From the NCBI GenBank assembly GCA_009914755.4, contig CP086569.2, forward strand, positions 27,072,001 to 27,136,000: a stretch of 64,000 bases of DNA, written 5' to 3'. Of the stretch, positions 62,416 through 64,000 are shown in pieces; the first letter of the stretch is position 1, and the number at the start of each line of letters is the position of its first letter. The position numbers and the translations under genes were made by a program. A model generated the notes under the pieces. It was not told the origin of the DNA and did not search any database. It saw nothing but the letters and a program-made list of their open reading frames with translations. The DNA is from the human T2T-CHM13v2.0 reference genome, Homo sapiens.

Positions 62416-63259
62416 TAAACAAGATTCTATATAGATAATACTATTTTGCAAAATCTTATACTTTAAAAACCATTCCTGATTCATTTACCAAACTGTTCCT
62501 ATACGTGTGTCTATCTTCAATATAGCTGGTCAACTGTAATTCTTGTTACCTATTCCAATAATAGTTTGAGGTGTCTTTCTGCATTTAAAACTTATATTAC
62601 ATGTTAGTCTGCATCTATGAGTTTGTCATAGAACTCTCCCTCATGGTGACCTTCAGTGTTTATGTTTTATGTGAATTCATCTTTGGTTGAAACTGTTTTT
62701 ACAGTTTACAGTCTTTTACTCTGGATTGCAGCTGTGTTCCTCCAAGGTGGTTTTGAATTTACTTGTGCCAGGGCCCCAGAGTTTCAAGAGTACAGACACA
62801 GTTTCTGTATTAAATCCCTGACTTCTGGGATTTCTAAACTATATGAATAGTGAAAATTCCTCACAAGTGAGTCGTCTGCCCTACCCTGACCCTTGTATAG
62901 ATTTCCTTCCTTGCCACTTCTTTGAGCTATGGCCTAAGTACCTTTTCATGAACCCTTTGAGATTTCTAGCTTGATATAGTTTCTTAGTTACAACTTGCAG
63001 CCTTAGTAGGTCCACAGCCATGCTTTCTACACACAGGACATTAAAATCTGAGTGTCCAGACCTTATGGTCTACATATAAGTCTGACACCAACCCTGGGTC
63101 ACTCAAACTACTCTGGCTTTTGAGTACTCTTCACTTTTGTCATCTGAGAGTTCCCTATTATTCTTCTGAATTCAACTATGAATTTCTGTTTATAATGGGC
63201 AAGGGAGCCTTATAAGTTCCATCTACCATGTTGGAATTATCCTCCTAAACCTGTTTTGA

Positions 63260-63576
<317 letters not shown>

Positions 63577-64000
63577 AAGATAATTCACTTTTCTCTATCT
63601 CTTCTACCATTATCTCAGTGCAAGCCACTGTTCTCTCTCATGAGCCTTTCTTCTGCAGTGGTTTCCTTACTGGTCATCTCACATCCATTCTTGTCTATTT
63701 TTCCTCATCCAATTCATATGTAAAACTGCAGCCAGAGTTTAAAAGTCAGAACTTTAAAAACTATAGGTCAGGTCATGGTACTTTTTGCTTAAAATCTTCT
63801 AGTTGCGTATGACCCAGAAATTCTACTCCTAGGTATATAATCAAGAGAAATGAAACCAGATGTCCACATGAAAACTTCTACACAAATGCTTGTGGTAACA
63901 TTATTCATAATAACTAAAAGGTGGAAACACCTCAAGTGTCCATTGACTTATGAATGGACAAACAAAATGTGGCATTATCTATATGATGGAATATTATTCA

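Overview
This window is primate, almost certainly human or great-ape, nuclear DNA, not a prokaryotic or viral locus. The evidence is at least 20 full or partial Alu SINEs including near-consensus AluY copies, multiple LINE-1 copies, MIR SINEs, hAT/Tigger DNA-transposon fossils, microsatellites, strong CpG depletion and no long host ORFs. Roughly half of the window is recognisable interspersed repeat. The only long ORFs in the six-frame track are decayed L1 ORF1/ORF2 remnants (27053-27742, 28132-29208, 29639-30910) or Alu read-throughs. I found no credible cellular protein-coding exon, no RNA gene and no CRISPR or operon-like organisation, so the hinted 'undescribed biological system' is not supported.

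The most interesting real structures are:
- a 5'-intact but 3'-truncated L1PA element (25926-30875) that lacks a 3'UTR and poly(A) yet is flanked by a 12-bp direct repeat;
- a second, 5'-truncated young L1 (50781-52325) with its own 18-bp TSD and a nested AluY, whose truncation point falls in the same 25-bp consensus segment where the first L1 ends;
- a nested transposon pile-up at 33.2-39.2 kb (hAT-Charlie host, then L1 and Alu, plus a MER30-like MITE with a visible 8-bp TSD);
- young AluY insertions with long near-perfect TSDs (candidate polymorphisms);
- three MER20-like MITE copies.

All family assignments come from my recall of consensus sequences. Coordinates are approximate (about ±10 bp) unless a junction was read directly from the sequence.
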